DNA of 64,000 nt. It comes from Octopus vulgaris (taxonomy: Eukaryota). The notes below the pieces were generated by a model, which was not told the origin of the DNA, ran no database searches, and saw nothing but the letters and a program-made list of their open reading frames with translations. Of this stretch, positions 1 to 14,190 are shown in pieces. A program made the position numbers and the translations under genes. The stretch lies in the NCBI GenBank assembly GCA_951406725.2, contig OX597816.1, positions 171,120,001 through 171,184,000 on the forward strand. The letters are read 5' to 3'. Within the stretch, counting starts at the first letter, position 1. Each line of letters opens with the position of its first letter.

Positions 1-683
1 CGCACGTCACACACACTTGTACATGCACAATCGCTTTGCTTCTTAAAATAATCCAATTGTTATTCCAAGAAAGTAAGAAGTGTAAAAAATGCAAAAGATG
101 TTGTTGATACACGAAAAGTTCAGAAATGTTCAAAGGCAAGTCAAATTGAAGCAATTTTTCTCACAAATTAATGAAAGAAAATGACTCATCATTTCAGAAT
201 ACTTTGATGTTGCAAAAGTCTTTCCTTCGTGACATATAAGCTGGCTTCTCTTCAAGCAAGTATTGATCAAGAAACACGAACACAGTGTTATAAATATTAT
301 TCCTGTCATAAGATCAATAAAATACCATACATAACATTTATTTGTACTCTAAGGACAACGACAACTGGAAACAGCATTGAATTAATTTGCATTTTCTTTT
401 TCTTACATTTCATGGCCTTCCATGCCATGATTCTCACCCGCATCGGATCAATGTTTACTTTCAGATATTACCCTTTCCGATGAAATGTGAGTCACAGCTG
501 ACTTAATACCCGAGAAACTGGTCCGAAGTCTATCAATCAAAGACGTTGTACTGCATTGCATCAATAACAAGACAAAAAAGACACTTAGATTTCATTGGCT
601 AGACATAGGTATGGCAGTAGAGTTGTTAAGAAGATCGAATCACATCATTTTTGAACTGGGCCCATGGTTGTAAGGGTTTAAAA

Positions 684-921
684 GATAGCGAGCTGGCAGA
701 GACGTAAGCGCGCCGGACGAAATGCTTTGTGGTATTTCGTCTGTCTTTACGTTCTGAGTTCAAATTCCGCCGAGGTCGACTTTGCCTTTCATCCTTTCGG
801 GGTCGATTAAATAAGTACCAGTTACGCACTGGGGTCGATATAATCGACTTAATCCCTTTGTCTGTCCTTGTTTGTCCCTTCTTTGTTTAGCCCCTTGTGG
901 GTAGTAAAGAAATAGAAATAA
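684..921 (+). mobile_element. SINE family A (tRNA-like head, GTCGACTTTGCCTTTCATCCTTTCGGGGTCGA core)
   Basis: Near-identical to copies at 5422, 15381, 25399, 42933 and 56916. B-box-like GAGTTCAAATTCC; AAAGAAATA tail. Confidence 0.85.
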
Positions 922-1113
922 GTATTTCGTCTGTCGTAACAAATTCGAACTGATCGAATCTATACATAGGTATGGCAGTAGAGTTGTTAAGAAGATCGAA
1001 TCACATCATTTTGAACTGGGGGTTCTGCTAAAAATAGCTTTCGGTCAAGTAAGGGACGCCGTATGAGCAGAATTTACTGGACGAAACTGATTTTCTGCGA
1101 AATATCTGTAGCT

Positions 1114-1319
<206 letters not shown>

Positions 1320-1323
1320 ATTC

Positions 1324-2780
1324 TCAAAAACTAATCAGAGCTCTACATAATTTATAGCCTTGCATACGGTTGATAAGACAGTATGTCAAACATATCGTCA
1401 GTCTTCTGGAAGATGATGCACTCTGGGATGCCACTATGACAGAGGCACAAATGTGCAAGTCTCCTATGCAGCTGAGAAACCTCTTCTCCATCATGCTGGT
1501 GAACTGCAGATTGTCAAATCCAAACCAACTTTGGTTCAAAACAAGGAGGGGTTTTCTGAAGACATCCTTCAAAAAATTCAATATCAGTGTAACATCTTCA
1601 ATGAGGCTTGAAAATTAACAGACGACAAAGTTCGATCACTCGGTGGAAACAAACTTGAAATCTGTGGTCTTCCAGCTCCTGTCAAAGATTTTCAACACAG
1701 ATTAGCACAAGAGATAATCAGGGAAACATCATACAAGGAAAGTTTGCAAGTAGTTGTCAATGAAAAGGAACCAATTCTGGTACAGGACCAAAAAGAGGTA
1801 TACTGGCAAATTCTTACTGGTGGGGGTCTTTGTCTTAGATGCTCCTGGAGTCACAGGAAAGACTCTATTGATCAGCCTGCTCCTTGCCAACGTGAGACAG
1901 AAGAAGAAGATTGCTCCGGCTGTTGCATCCTCTGGAATTGCAGCCACACACCTAACAGGTGGAAGAAGAGCCCATTCATTATTCAAGCTGCCTCTGAACT
2001 TCATCCAAAATGAATCTCCGTTATGCAACATGTCCAAGAATACAACGTTAGCAAAGCTCCTTATAGATGCCAAATTCCTTGTCTGGGATGAGGTAATAAT
2101 GTCCCATAAGACAGCCTTTGAAGTGTTTGATACAGCACTACCAGACTTCAGAAACAATAAGAAGATCATGGGTGGTGTCACCCTTCTCATCGCTGGTGAC
2201 TTCAGGAAAACGCTGCCTGTCATTCTCAAGGGCAGATGAGCTGAATCCAAATTTGTTGTCTCTGCTTTCAGGACCTGAATGTTCATACAGATCAACTTTG
2301 TCCCTGATCAAGAACAGGCAATGCATAACCCAGTGGAGTTCCTCAATTCACTTTACCCACCAGGATTTTCACCACACATTCTGTTCATCAAAACAGGTGC
2401 TCCCATAATGCTACTATGAAACCTTGATGCACCCAGACTCTGCAGTTAAAACAGCAGTTAAAACAGTTGGAAGCAACAATAATTACAGGCAACATAATGG
2501 GTGAAAATGTCTTCATTCCAAGGATACCTCTCATCTCAAATGATCTCCCCTTTCAAATCAAATCAAGAGACTGCAGTTTCCTGTCAAACTTAGCTTTGCA
2601 ATATCCATCAACAAAGCACAAGGTCAATCTCCAAAGGTGGTGGGACTTAACCTCCTTCAACCTTGCTTCTCACATGTTCAACTGTATGCTGGATGTTCTA
2701 GAGTTGGAGATGAAAAGAACCTCTACATCATTCTCAGTGATAAACATGGCAAGACAGAAAACACAGCATATGAAGAAACA
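1324..2780 (+). pseudogene. Helitron RepHel PIF1-type helicase remnant (frameshifts and stops)
   Basis: Motifs LDAPGVTGKT (Walker A), ASSGIAA, AHSLFKLPL, LVWDEVIM, GDFRKTLPV, then VFIPRIPL and SINKAQGQS in shifted frames. Confidence 0.9.
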
Positions 2781-2942
2781 CTTACATGAATAGTAAATCC
2801 ATATCATGTACAGAAGTGTAAAACCATTGAGTGTTGAAGTATTACTATTACACTTTCACTTTTCGACTGACATGAGTGAATGTATATCTGTGTGTATGAA
2901 AGAGAAACAATGACGTGATATATTAACTGTCTGTGTGTGTGT

Positions 2943-3140
2943 GTCATCATCATCATTGTTCGACCGTGGTCGAGACAATGGAATTTACCATGCTACGCCA
3001 GACTTCACGGTCCATCATGGCATTACGGAGGTCCTGTTGCTGGATGCCTGTATCCCTGGAGATTACATCAGGGTAGGAGAGTGTGCGCCCTCTGGTATTG
3101 CGAGTAGATGGCTTCCAGAGGAGAAGAGTAGAAATTACTT
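2943..3140 (-). mobile_element. 3' end of an RTE-like LINE with (TGA)n tail
   Basis: Minus-strand translation LLLWKPSTRNTRGRTLSYPDVISRDTG...AMMDREVWRSMV...* followed by TGA repeats, typical of an RTE C-terminus. Confidence 0.65.
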
Positions 3141-3410
3141 CTTTTTCAGCTGTGTGTGTGTGTACTCAACGCACAGCTTTTCATTGTTTATAATATGTAA
3201 CTGTTTTTTCTTTTTTGGTTACGAAATAAGTCAGACAAACGGACATTTACTTATATACATGAGTTGAAAACTTTCTTTTCACATTTCACTTAACGTTTAT
3301 GTTCCATGCTAGCATGGGTTGCAGGGTTGTGTAGAAGTTGGTATCTCAGCTACTAGCAGTTGAGACCTGCGTAATCTAGACGGCGTTTTTAAATTTCATT
3401 ATTTTCTTCA

Positions 3411-3440
3411 ACCCGAGCAACACCAGGTATTTCTGCTAAT
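3411..3440 (+). mobile_element. degenerate Helitron 3' terminus (hairpin + CTAR-like end)
   Basis: acccgagcaacaccaggtatttctgctaat resembles the 3' ends of the Helitrons at 13795 and 49218 (cccgagcaacgccgggcgatactRctagt). It lies downstream of the helicase remnant in the same orientation. Confidence 0.55.
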
Positions 3441-3484
3441 GTATATGAGTGTGTGTATGTATGGGTGTGTGTGTGTGTATATAT

Positions 3485-3892
3485 TCTTTTACTCTTTTAC
3501 TTGTTTCAGTCATTTGACTGTGGCCATGCTGGAGCACCGCCTTTAGTCCGAGAAAATCGACCCCGGGACTTATTCTTTGTAAGCCCAGTACTTATTCTAT
3601 CGGTCTCTTTTGCCGAACCGCTAAGTGACGGGGACGTAAACACACCAGCATCGGTTGTCAAGCAATGCTAGGGAGACAAACACAGACACACAAACACACA
3701 CACACACATACATATATATACATATATACGACAGGCTTCTTTCAGTTTCTGTCTACCAAATCCACTCACAAGGCATTGGTCGGCCCGGGGCTATAGCAGA
3801 AGACACTTGCCCAAGATGCCACGCGGTGGGACTGAACCCGGAACCATGTGGTTGGTTAGCAAGCTACTTACCACACAGCCACTCCTGCGCCT
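3485..3892 (-). mobile_element. SINE family B (tRNA-like head, internal TA/TG microsatellite, AGTAAAAG tail)
   Basis: Matches copies at 8881, 21342, 26816 and 36790. Confidence 0.9.
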
Positions 3893-3937
3893 ATATATAT
3901 GTGTGTGTGCGTGTGTATGTATGTATGTATGTATATA

Positions 3938-4031
<94 letters not shown>

Positions 4032-4437
4032 TGGTGTGAGAACACAGCAGCATCAGTTAGTTATGGTATTAAGAAGTTGAACAGTAGGCAGTATTTACTG
4101 AGGTACGTTTTTGATTTGGCCTTGTGTTTGCTTTGCAAATGTTTTATTTCAACCGTAGGCTTCCATAGTCTTGACAAAATTAAGAATAATATGGAAATGT
4201 TATATCAAATGGAAACATAAAATTAAAGAAAAACATCTCTAAGTCATTAATTTGCAAAATAACAAATTCGAACTGATCGAATCTATACAACAACATGTAT
4301 ACCATTGGAGCTGGAATTCTATTACTTGATTCATGCCTTCTTCAAGACTAATGGAATTATGAAACTTTACTGTACTGTGCATCAACTTGTTATATTTATG
4401 CTAATTTTATTTCTCTAGATTGTATAGCAGACATCTA

Positions 4438-5165
4438 GGAGGCGCAATGGCCCAGAGGTTAGGGCAGCGGACTCGCGGTAGGAGGCGCAATGGCCCAGTG
4501 GTTAGGGCAGCGGACTCGCGGTAGGAGGCGCAATGGCCCAGTGGTTAGGGCAGCGGACTCGCGGTAGGAGGCGCAATGGCCCAGAGGTTAGGGCAGCGGA
4601 CTCGCGGTAGGAGGCGCAATGGCCCAGTGGTTAGGGCAGCGGATTCGCGGTAGGAGGCGCAATGGCCCAGTGGTTAGGGCAGCGGACTCGCGGTAGGAGG
4701 CGCAATGGCCCAGAGGTTAGGGCAGCGGACTCGCGGTAGGAGGCGCAATGGCCCAGAGGTTAGGGCAGCGGACTCGCGGTAGGAGGCGCAATGGCCCAGT
4801 GGTTAGGGCAGCGGACTCGCGGTCGTAGGATCGCGGTTTCGATTCCCAGACCGGGCGTTGTGAGTGTTTATTGAGCGAAAACACCTAAAGCTCCACGAGG
4901 CTCCGGCAGGGGATGGTGGTGATCCCTGCTGTACTCTTTCACCACAACTTTCTCTCACTCTTACTTCCTGTTTCTGTTGTAACTGTATTTCAAAGGGCCG
5001 GCCTTGTCACTCTCTGTGTCATGCTGAATATCCCCGAGAACTACGTTAAGGGTACACGTGTCTGTGGAGTGCTCAGCCACTTACACGTTAATTTCACGAG
5101 CAGGCTGTTCCGTTGATCGGATCAACCGGAACCCTCGTCGTCGTAACCGACGGAGTGCTTCCATC
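4438..5165 (+). mobile_element. SINE family C with its 43-bp 5' head tandemly repeated 9 times
   Basis: Units start at 4438, 4481, ... 4782. Body matches 17362-17749. 13-bp TSD atagcagacatct at 4424-4436 and 5166-5178. Confidence 0.92.
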
Positions 5166-5421
5166 ATAGCAGACATCTCCAAGTAATTTGAAGTTCATGA
5201 ACCACGAAAGACCACTCTACACTTTGCACAACTACAAGGTATATAAGTCTTACTTGCCCATGGGGATTGGTTTTTCCATTTCGCATATATCACAACCTTG
5301 GCCTATTCTTACTCTGATGTAATTACACTATACTGCCACGTTTGAGATGCAAAGTGATTTATAACCTACCACCATCAAACTGGGTACTTCACCACGTGGT
5401 ATGTATCCTACAAGTATGTAA

Positions 5422-5653
5422 AGGCGGCGAGCTGGCAGAAACGTTAGCACGCCGGGCGAAATGCTTAGCGGTATTTCGTCTGCGTTATGTTGTGAGTACA
5501 AATTCCGCCGAGGTCGACTTTGCCTTTCATCCTTTCGGGGTCGATAAATTAAGTACCAGTTACGCACTGGGGTCGATGTAATCGACTTAATACCTATGTC
5601 TGTCCTTGTTTGTCCCCTCTATGTTTAGCCCCTTGTGGGTAATAAAGAAATAT
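5422..5653 (+). mobile_element. SINE family A
   Basis: Full copy with 17-bp TSD gtatgtatcctacaagt at 5399-5415 and 5654-5670. Confidence 0.9.
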
Positions 5654-5957
5654 GTATGTATCCTACAAGTTAATATACCGTGGAGCATATAATAGAATCA
5701 ACTCATATCGCTGATTTCCTAAAGTATTCACTTGACCTGAACTAACGGGGGCCGAAATATCTACACCTGGAAACTATTTTTTTCTCTTCTTCGTGACTCC
5801 GCAAGTCTAAGAAGGTGGGTGCTTTCTCTGCCAACGACATTTTAAGCAATGTGGACCAAGACAACTTTATAACACACGCGCGCGTGCACATATGTGTATA
5901 TGCATATGCATGATATGTGTGTGTGTGTGTATGTGTGTGTATGTGTAGCAGTGTACA

Positions 5958-5993
<36 letters not shown>

Positions 5994-6309
5994 AGGATGT
6001 GGTGTTCGAGAGAATTTTGCTATTTCTATCACGTCTAGCGACCGCGTATTTGCTGGTTGTTGGTTCATTCGCACATATACGCACATAAAACAACAGGGCG
6101 TAGTTTAAGGGATACGCTGATAGGTCTATCAGTTCTAGATATAAAGTCATTCTGGATCAACCATATTTATGAAGAAAGGAATTGCGGCCGCAACCATCTT
6201 ACCTCTTTCCCAGGCACAGCGCACATTGCAACGAGAATAACATCACCTGTTCTTGTTCTTCTGTCCCTGTGATACTGAAATACTATTGGTGACAACTCTA
6301 ATTGGATTT

Positions 6310-6815
<506 letters not shown>

Positions 6816-6964
6816 GAGACACGCAGAAAGTAAATAGACACCTTTAATTTTCAAAGTTTCTGATCTAAGCATCTTAATATGTTTTCAGCGGTGTAGAATT
6901 TACAATGTAATTATTCTTTTTCATTGCAGGCACCATTATATTAAACATTTGCGAAGAGTAACCA

Positions 6965-7355
6965 TGCCACGCACAAAAAATTCAGTAGAACTGTCAGATT
7001 TTCTAAGAGCAATCTGTTGGCTATCTGAGGTGGTCTTAGCCAGCGAAAAATTGCCGAAAATCTTCGAATTCCTCTTGCTACTGTTAATAGAATTATAGGG
7101 CAATTCAAAAGCCAAGGAAACGGATCAACAAATTCTCGTCCCGGCCGACTTGTGCCCTCAGAAAGGAAGCTTCGCTGTTTGAAGAGAATTGTGGAAAACG
7201 AACCCCGTTCGAAGGCTTCTGACATAGCAAAACAGCTAGAAGATAGTCCAAGAACGTGTGTTACATATCTGTTTAAACTTGGGTATTATGGACGAGCAGC
7301 TAGAAGAAAACCTCTCCTTCAGCTAATTGATATAATGAAAAGAAAGAAATGGGCT
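6965..7355 (+). pseudogene. Tc1-like transposase N-terminal (HTH) fragment
   Basis: GLSQRKIAENLRIPLATVNRII...SRPGR...LGYYGRAARRKPLL. Confidence 0.75.
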
Positions 7356-7853
7356 ACATATACGAATATATACAAACTTGCTACAAGTTCAAATATGCTT
7401 TTGGCATATTCGAATCTGTAAGAAAGCATTCGTCATAGAGAAAGTTTCTTCCTGTGGGCAGATAGATGTAAATACACCAAGTCAGTCGGCAGCTCCTCCT
7501 AACAAGACTGGTGGATGCATGCATTTCGGAGTAGTTATCTCCTCCTCAGCACCAGAGATCGGAAAGGTAAACGCTACGAGCTGAAAGGAGAGATGGATCT
7601 CTCTTACATATTTCCGTCATCGTACTACAACCGGTCGCGCTAATCGGCGGCACAACGTAAATGAAATGCGGAGCAAAAGCACTAAGCAGTGATGCGTATG
7701 AATACAAACACGTTACCATTGCTTGAGGTATACTCGAACTTGTAAGCCACTGATTGCATTTTGTCATGAAGAAAATTTCCAATTACGTTTTATATATTCT
7801 TTTACCTGTTTCAGTCATCAGACTGTGGCTATATATAAATGTATATATGTGTA

Positions 7854-8716
7854 CAGGGGTTGGACAAAATAATGGAAAACCTAGCATCATAGCATCATAA
7901 TTTTGAAATATCTATAAAACCGTCAAGAGCTTGTTTATTTTTATGCTTTTTTTTATTTATTATTAGTGTTGCTTAATGTGTTTTGCTAAAATTGCTGTTT
8001 CTTTTCAGATATCATCACAAAAAGGTAATTAAAATTCATTAGAATTGCAGATCTATCGGACTTCAAATCGTTGGTGCTCATGTGGTAGGCGCTAGCGTAA
8101 CAAAAGCAACCGAAATGTTTGGTGTATCAAGAAACACTGTCTCGAAAGTAATGAGAGCCTTTGAGAAGGACAGGAAAACCTCTTCGTTGAAACAAAACTC
8201 CGGAAGAAAGCCAAAACTTTCAGATAGGGACTGTCGGACTCTTACACGAATTGTTAGAAAGGATCACAAAAGTACAGCTCCCAAAATTACAGAAGAGCTT
8301 AATGACCACCTTGAGAACACAGTTTCCACAAAAACAGTTCGCCGGGAGCTGCACAAAGCCGGATTTCACGGGAGGGCTGCAATCAGAAAACCACTACTAT
8401 CAAAAACAAATATTGCAAAGAGTTTAGAGTAGAGTAAAAACCTATAGAATTGGTCCCCAGAGCAGTGGAGGAAGGTTATTTTCTGGGACGAGTCATCCTT
8501 TACCTTATTTCCGACCATCGGCCGAGTAAACGTGTAGAGACAGCCAAAAGAAACATTTGACCCAGACTGCCTTCTTCCAATTGCTAAACATGGAGGAGGA
8601 TCTGTGATGATCTGGGGTGGGGAGCTATATCTTGGAAATCCGCCGACCCAATGGTTTCCCTTCATGGCAGAATTAATAGTCAAGACTATTTAAGCACTTT
8701 ATCTGATCAAATTCAG
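7854..8716 (+). mobile_element. 3'-truncated Tc1-like transposon
   Basis: TA followed by the terminus CAGGGGTTGGACAAAATAATGGAA. ORF has SGRKPKLSDRD...GFHGRAAIRKPLL, then VIFWDES and KHGGGSVMIWG, with stops. Confidence 0.85.
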
Positions 8717-8880
8717 GGAGAGTTGTATATATGCAAAGAGCATCATTTATAGACATATAATGAAAGCACGACTGTGTTCTAGCTTTTTCTTTTTATCAAT
8801 GTTTCATTTTAGCCCAAATCATTTATTCCTTTAACTGCAGTTGTTTGGAGCATTATAACGTCTAAATCCCTTATCAACAT

Positions 8881-9289
8881 TTACTCTTTTACTTGTTTCA
8901 GTCATTTGACTGCGGCCATGCTGGGGCACCGCCTTTTACTCGAGCAAATTGACCCCGGGACTTATTCTTTGTAAGCCCAGTACTTATTCTATCGGTCTCT
9001 TTTGCCGAACCGCTAAGTGACGGGGACGTAAACACACCAGCATCGGTTGTCAAGCAATGCTAGGGGGACAAACACATACACACAAACATATACACACACA
9101 CTTATATATATATATATACATATATACGACAGGCTTCTTTCAGTTTCCGTCTACCAAATCCACTCACAAGGCATTGGTCGGCCCGGGGCTATAGCAGAAG
9201 ACACTTGTCCAAGGTGCCACGCAGTGGGACTGAACCCGGAACCATGTGGTTGGTTAGCAAGCTACTTCCACACAGCCACTCCTGCGCCT
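8881..9289 (-). mobile_element. SINE family B
   Basis: High identity to 3485-3892. Confidence 0.9.
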
Positions 9290-9734
9290 AGACATTCAAA
9301 TAGAGGCCTTATATCTTTACAAATCACGTCTATTATACAAAAGCAACAGTTTGTTTTAGTATAAAAGTATGAAGCTGCGAAAACGCTGATGATGGATCTA
9401 GATTATTACTACACCAAACATACTGCAAATAACATATACGGAAATATGAAACACAAAACCGATAAAAAAAAAACCCAGAATTTAACCGTATTTTAAACAC
9501 AAATATATACAGTGTATGGGAATGCGTGTGCGTTAGTGCATGCGTGCATGCGGTGTGTGTGTGTTGTATGTGTGTGTGTGTGTTGTATGTGTGTGTGTGT
9601 GTGTGCTTACCTTCCCAGAAGACAGAGATAAAGGGAGTGAAAGAAAGGGAGAGAGAGAAGAGAGATAATGTCACAAAATAAGTGAATTACTTCCATAGCT
9701 GGCGTATAAAATTTTCCGCATAGATAGATAGATG

Positions 9735-9821
<87 letters not shown>

Positions 9822-9887
9822 ATATCTATGTATATATGTATCTTTGAAATTATGTATGCATGTATGTATATGTATGTATGTATATAC

Positions 9888-9936
<49 letters not shown>

Positions 9937-10623
9937 CATATATATAAATATATACATATATATATGTATTTGCATCAGTTTTGCATCACAATATCAACAG
10001 TTGTTATTGTTGTTACAAATACCATTTTTAATGTCGCAAAAAAAATTTTCTGACAAAACATCCCTTGGTATTGTTTGATTTCCATCAAAGGAACTGCTGT
10101 CTAGTTTGTTCTGACGCTGAATAAACTACATTTTTTTTTTTTTTTTTTTTTTTTTTTGTAATTTGTAATTTTTTTTCCCTGTTTGTATCATTTATAATAT
10201 ATATTTTATCAAGTCAAAGAACGTTAATCAAAGTGTTATCCATGTTGATTCCAAGAAATAGCCCCCATCCCCTGTTGCTATCATTTTATTATTCCTATAG
10301 AATTTTCAACAACAAAAAAAAATAAATTTATACATCTTTAAGTGATTGCGTGCCAGGAAATATAAAAAGTGCCCGATTTGTAATTCCCTGTGAGAATCCA
10401 AATCAAGTACTGAATATATTAAAAATGACAACTACAAGAATTTCACTGAGTGAAGCGAATCATCTTTCAACATTGAATTACAATTTTGGTTGTTTTCAAA
10501 CTACTAAAAAAAAAATATGTTTTAATACTGAACAACTTTTAAACTGTCACCAAAATAAATTTCATATATTGATGTTGAGACATTAAATAGTGACAGTAAA
10601 AAAAAAAAAAAAAAAAAAAAAAT

Positions 10624-11883
10624 TCCAACACTGATGTCATCTACCTTGATTTCAGCAAGGCCTTTGACAGGGTTGATCATAAGATCCTTCTGAGAAAGCT
10701 GTCCAATATTGGTGTCACTGGAAAGCTGCTGCAATGGATCAAGTGCTTCCTCTCTAACAGAACCCAACATGTTGTAGTCGAAGGAGTCAAATCCAGCCCA
10801 GCCAAAGTCAGCAGTGGTGTCCCACAAGGCACTGTGTTGGGCCCACTTCTCTTCATCATCTACATAAATGATATTACTGACACCATCAAACACAGCAACA
10901 TCAGAACCTTCGCTGATGATTCCAAGCTCCAGAAGGTCATCAATGGCGTGGATGACCGAATAAACCTTCAGTCAGACCTACTAGCTGTTGTCCAATGGGC
11001 GGAAAAGAATAACATGTTGCTAAATGAAGACAAATTCGAACTGATCCACTTTGGAAGGGAGGACGCTCTGAAACTCCCATACTCTCTTCCTTCTGGAGAA
11101 ATTCTCATGGCATCCAACAACATCAGAGACCTGGGAGTAACAGTGGACAACAACATAAGCTGGGCTACACATATAAGCAGCAAAGTTGACATGGCCCGCA
11201 GAATGTGTTCCTGGATTCTCAGAACCTTCCAGTCGAGAGATTCCCACGCTATTATCCTTCTCTTCTCCACTTTTGCCCGACCCCACCTTGAATACTGCTG
11301 TCCACTGTGGTCTCCCTACACAAAACAAAATATTATGAGAATTGAAGCTCCCAAAGGTCAATCACAAAAAAGATAGATGGCATGTCAGACCTTGACTACT
11401 GGGGTAGACTAGAGAAGCTGAAATTGTATTCACTCCAACGACGCCGTGAACGCTACATTATCTGTATGATGTGGAAAATATTCCATCAGCACTGTCCGAA
11501 TGATGTTGGCATCACCTTCAAAATGCATCCAAGGCTTGGACCACGTGCCATCCGTCCACAACAAAAATCTAAATCGCATCACATAACGACAATACGGCAC
11601 AACTATTTCACCTCAATTGGACCCGCTCTCTTCAACATTACACCAGGACACGTCAAAAAAGAAACTGACCACACAAAATTCAAGAAGTCTTTGGACAAAT
11701 TCCTTCAAACAGTACCGGACAAACCATCCACACCCGGATATGTCTCCGCAAACAATAACTCTCTGCTCGAATGGGCCTTGGTGCCCAAATCCTGAACTGA
11801 AAGACTTCGCCAGGTGGTGCTATTAAGTTAGACATGGCCTGGGCCAATACTGGCCAAAAACCTTTCTAAGTTATTCTAAGTTA
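10624..11883 (+). mobile_element. 5'-truncated CR1/L2-group LINE (RT C-terminal half, one frameshift near 11350)
   Basis: YLDFSKAFDRVDH, SGVPQGTVLGPLLFIIYIND, FADDSKL, RDLGV, RPHLEYC, LYSLQRRRER. Stop at 11795; short TTCTAAG tandem tail. Confidence 0.92.
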
Positions 11884-11936
11884 TATATACATATATATAT
11901 ATACATATATATATATACATATATATATACATATAA

Positions 11937-11985
<49 letters not shown>

Positions 11986-12222
11986 CATATACATATATAT
12001 ATACATATACATATACATATACATATATATATACATATACATATATATATACATATACATTTATATATACATATACATATATATATACATATACATATAT
12101 ATATATGCATATACATATATATGCATATATATATATATACATATATATACATATACATATACATACATATATATATACATACATATATATACATATATAT
12201 ATATATGCATATATATGTATAC

Positions 12223-12255
<33 letters not shown>

Positions 12256-12417
12256 CATATATATATGTATGTATGTATGTATATATACATATATATGCGT
12301 GTGAGTGTATGTGTGTATGTATATATATATATGTGTGTGTGTGTATATGTATGTGTAGATATATATATAGCTTTGAAAATATGTATGTATGTATATGTAT
12401 GTGTGTGTACATATGTA

Positions 12418-12462
<45 letters not shown>

Positions 12463-12495
12463 TGCGTGTGTGTGTGTGTGTGTATACATATACAT
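11884..12495. repeat. degenerate (TA)n/(TACA)n/(TG)n microsatellite tract
   Basis: Seen directly. Confidence 0.95.
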
Positions 12496-13069
12496 AAATT
12501 ATTGCTGTAAAGTAAATTTATAATATTTATTATATATCATGCGTCGTTGTAAAAGCTTCCTATTTTTATTGTGAATATACCTGCAAGTAGTTTTCTTTAG
12601 ATTCGCCCTTTATTCTTTTCATTTATTTCTCTTATAATTTCTGTTGATTCATTTCATTAATTTTCTGCTTCGTAGTTATACACGAGTTAAATTCGTTTTT
12701 AGGATCATATTTTTTCCCTGTAGCTTCAAGAAACTAGATTATTTGTTTATGTATTAACCATAGGGGATTTTTTTATAGTTTTTATTTATCTATCTGTTGT
12801 ATTTTTTCTGTATTTTTTTTTTATTGCCGTGTCTGTTACTTCAGTATTGCAGTGCCAACAGTAAATTGAATATCCAAGATATCGAGACAACATAATATCA
12901 ATAAGAAGCGAAACTGTTTTGCGTGTGTAAAAGAGAGATAAAGAAATAGAGGGAAGAAGAGGTGGGGAAAAGGGTACAAATTTCATCCCAATATCTATAC
13001 GTTTTACTTTTTAGTTAATCCATTTACATGACTAAATATTCTAAATGACATATATTTCACTTAATTAAT

Positions 13070-13487
13070 GACCCGCTACGGAAAATGGGATTTTTTTCTA
13101 GCGTTGTTAAATGAAATTGTCACCCATAATTATAACCCTAGTATCGATCTATTGCATTTCAATCTATTTTAGGGTTAGGTTTAGAGTTATGGTTAGGGTT
13201 AGGGTATCTTTTTTCTTCGCAAATGTAAATAAACCCAATCTGTTTCTTAAACGAGGGACATATTCATACAGCACGGAATGTTTTCACCCCAAATGGAGGT
13301 CAGCGATTGGTTAAAATTGCCGAAATGCTCGAAATTAAAGTCGAAATATGTTACAACATATAGAATTTTCTCAATAAAGCCAAGAAAAATGATGTTTTAT
13401 AAACACATTCTACCAGTATACGAAGTTTAAAAGTGTTTAGTTAACTAGAAATTGTGTTGAAAACTGCCGTTCAAAAGGAAAAGATCC
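13070..13487. mobile_element. MITE of the 24650 family; left terminus diverged
   Basis: Internal sequence and right TIR (aaaactgccgttcaaaaggaaaagatcc) match 24650-25065. Confidence 0.8.
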
Positions 13488-13794
13488 TGAAAATTATATA
13501 CACACAATGAAGAAATATTTTTAAAAAGATTCTGAAGAAAAAATGCCTGTTAAAACTGAACTACACACAGTGAAAAATAATATAAGTCCGTTCGAATGAC
13601 TTAAGTCGGGTCGCTATATATAGTAGCGTTACCAGTAAACAATGTAGACTGGTACTACCTGCGACATTTTGAAGGAAAAAAATATGGTTCTGTGTGAAAC
13701 AGAGATACAATTCTGTGTGGAACAAGAAAAAGTCTAAATAAGAAGAGAAAAATAATTTAGGTTAGAAGAGCAAATAATGAAAATATATATATAA

Positions 13795-14190
13795 CTAGTA
13801 GTATCGCCCGGCGTTGCTCGGGTTTGTAAGTGAAATAACTATATAAGCATTTTTAGAGATGTTAAGTATAATAGCCATCTCAATATGGCTAACCGCAAAG
13901 GGGGGGGTGTTACTGTAGCTTTTTACGTTCTGAGATTTAATAATAATTTTTTAGAGAGTTACTTCCCTTATATATGCCAAAAAATGCATTAAAAATGGGA
14001 AAATTGATGGTAATTTTTTTTTAAATCGTAGACTCATCGTAGACGCGCGCTAATACCCAGAAGGGCTCGATATGAATCACGACTATAAGATACCCGGTTT
14101 TGGTTAAACTGTACCGCAAAATGTGGGAGTAGTTAGGAATCTAAATCGTAGGAGACAGACAGCACACAACCTCACTTTTATATATAAAGA
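13795..14190 (-). mobile_element. non-autonomous Helitron
   Basis: On the minus strand: A|TCTTTATATATA ... hairpin cccgagcaacgccggg ... CTAG|T, no TSD. Related copy at 49218-49730. Confidence 0.88.

Noticed and set aside
4438-4824. CRISPR-like regular repeats
   Set aside because: No unique spacers; the units are contiguous copies of a SINE head in a eukaryotic context.
4782-4860. tRNA genes at the SINE heads
   Set aside because: A/B-box-like motifs only, no full cloverleaf seen; they are parts of dispersed SINEs with TSDs.
7400-7780. Coding-looking non-repetitive stretch (also 18350-19450 and 43300-45450)
   Set aside because: No recognisable protein motif or splice-consistent frame.
13168-13205. 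TTAGGG telomere-like repeats
   Set aside because: Only 2-4 imperfect units, internal to the MITE family.
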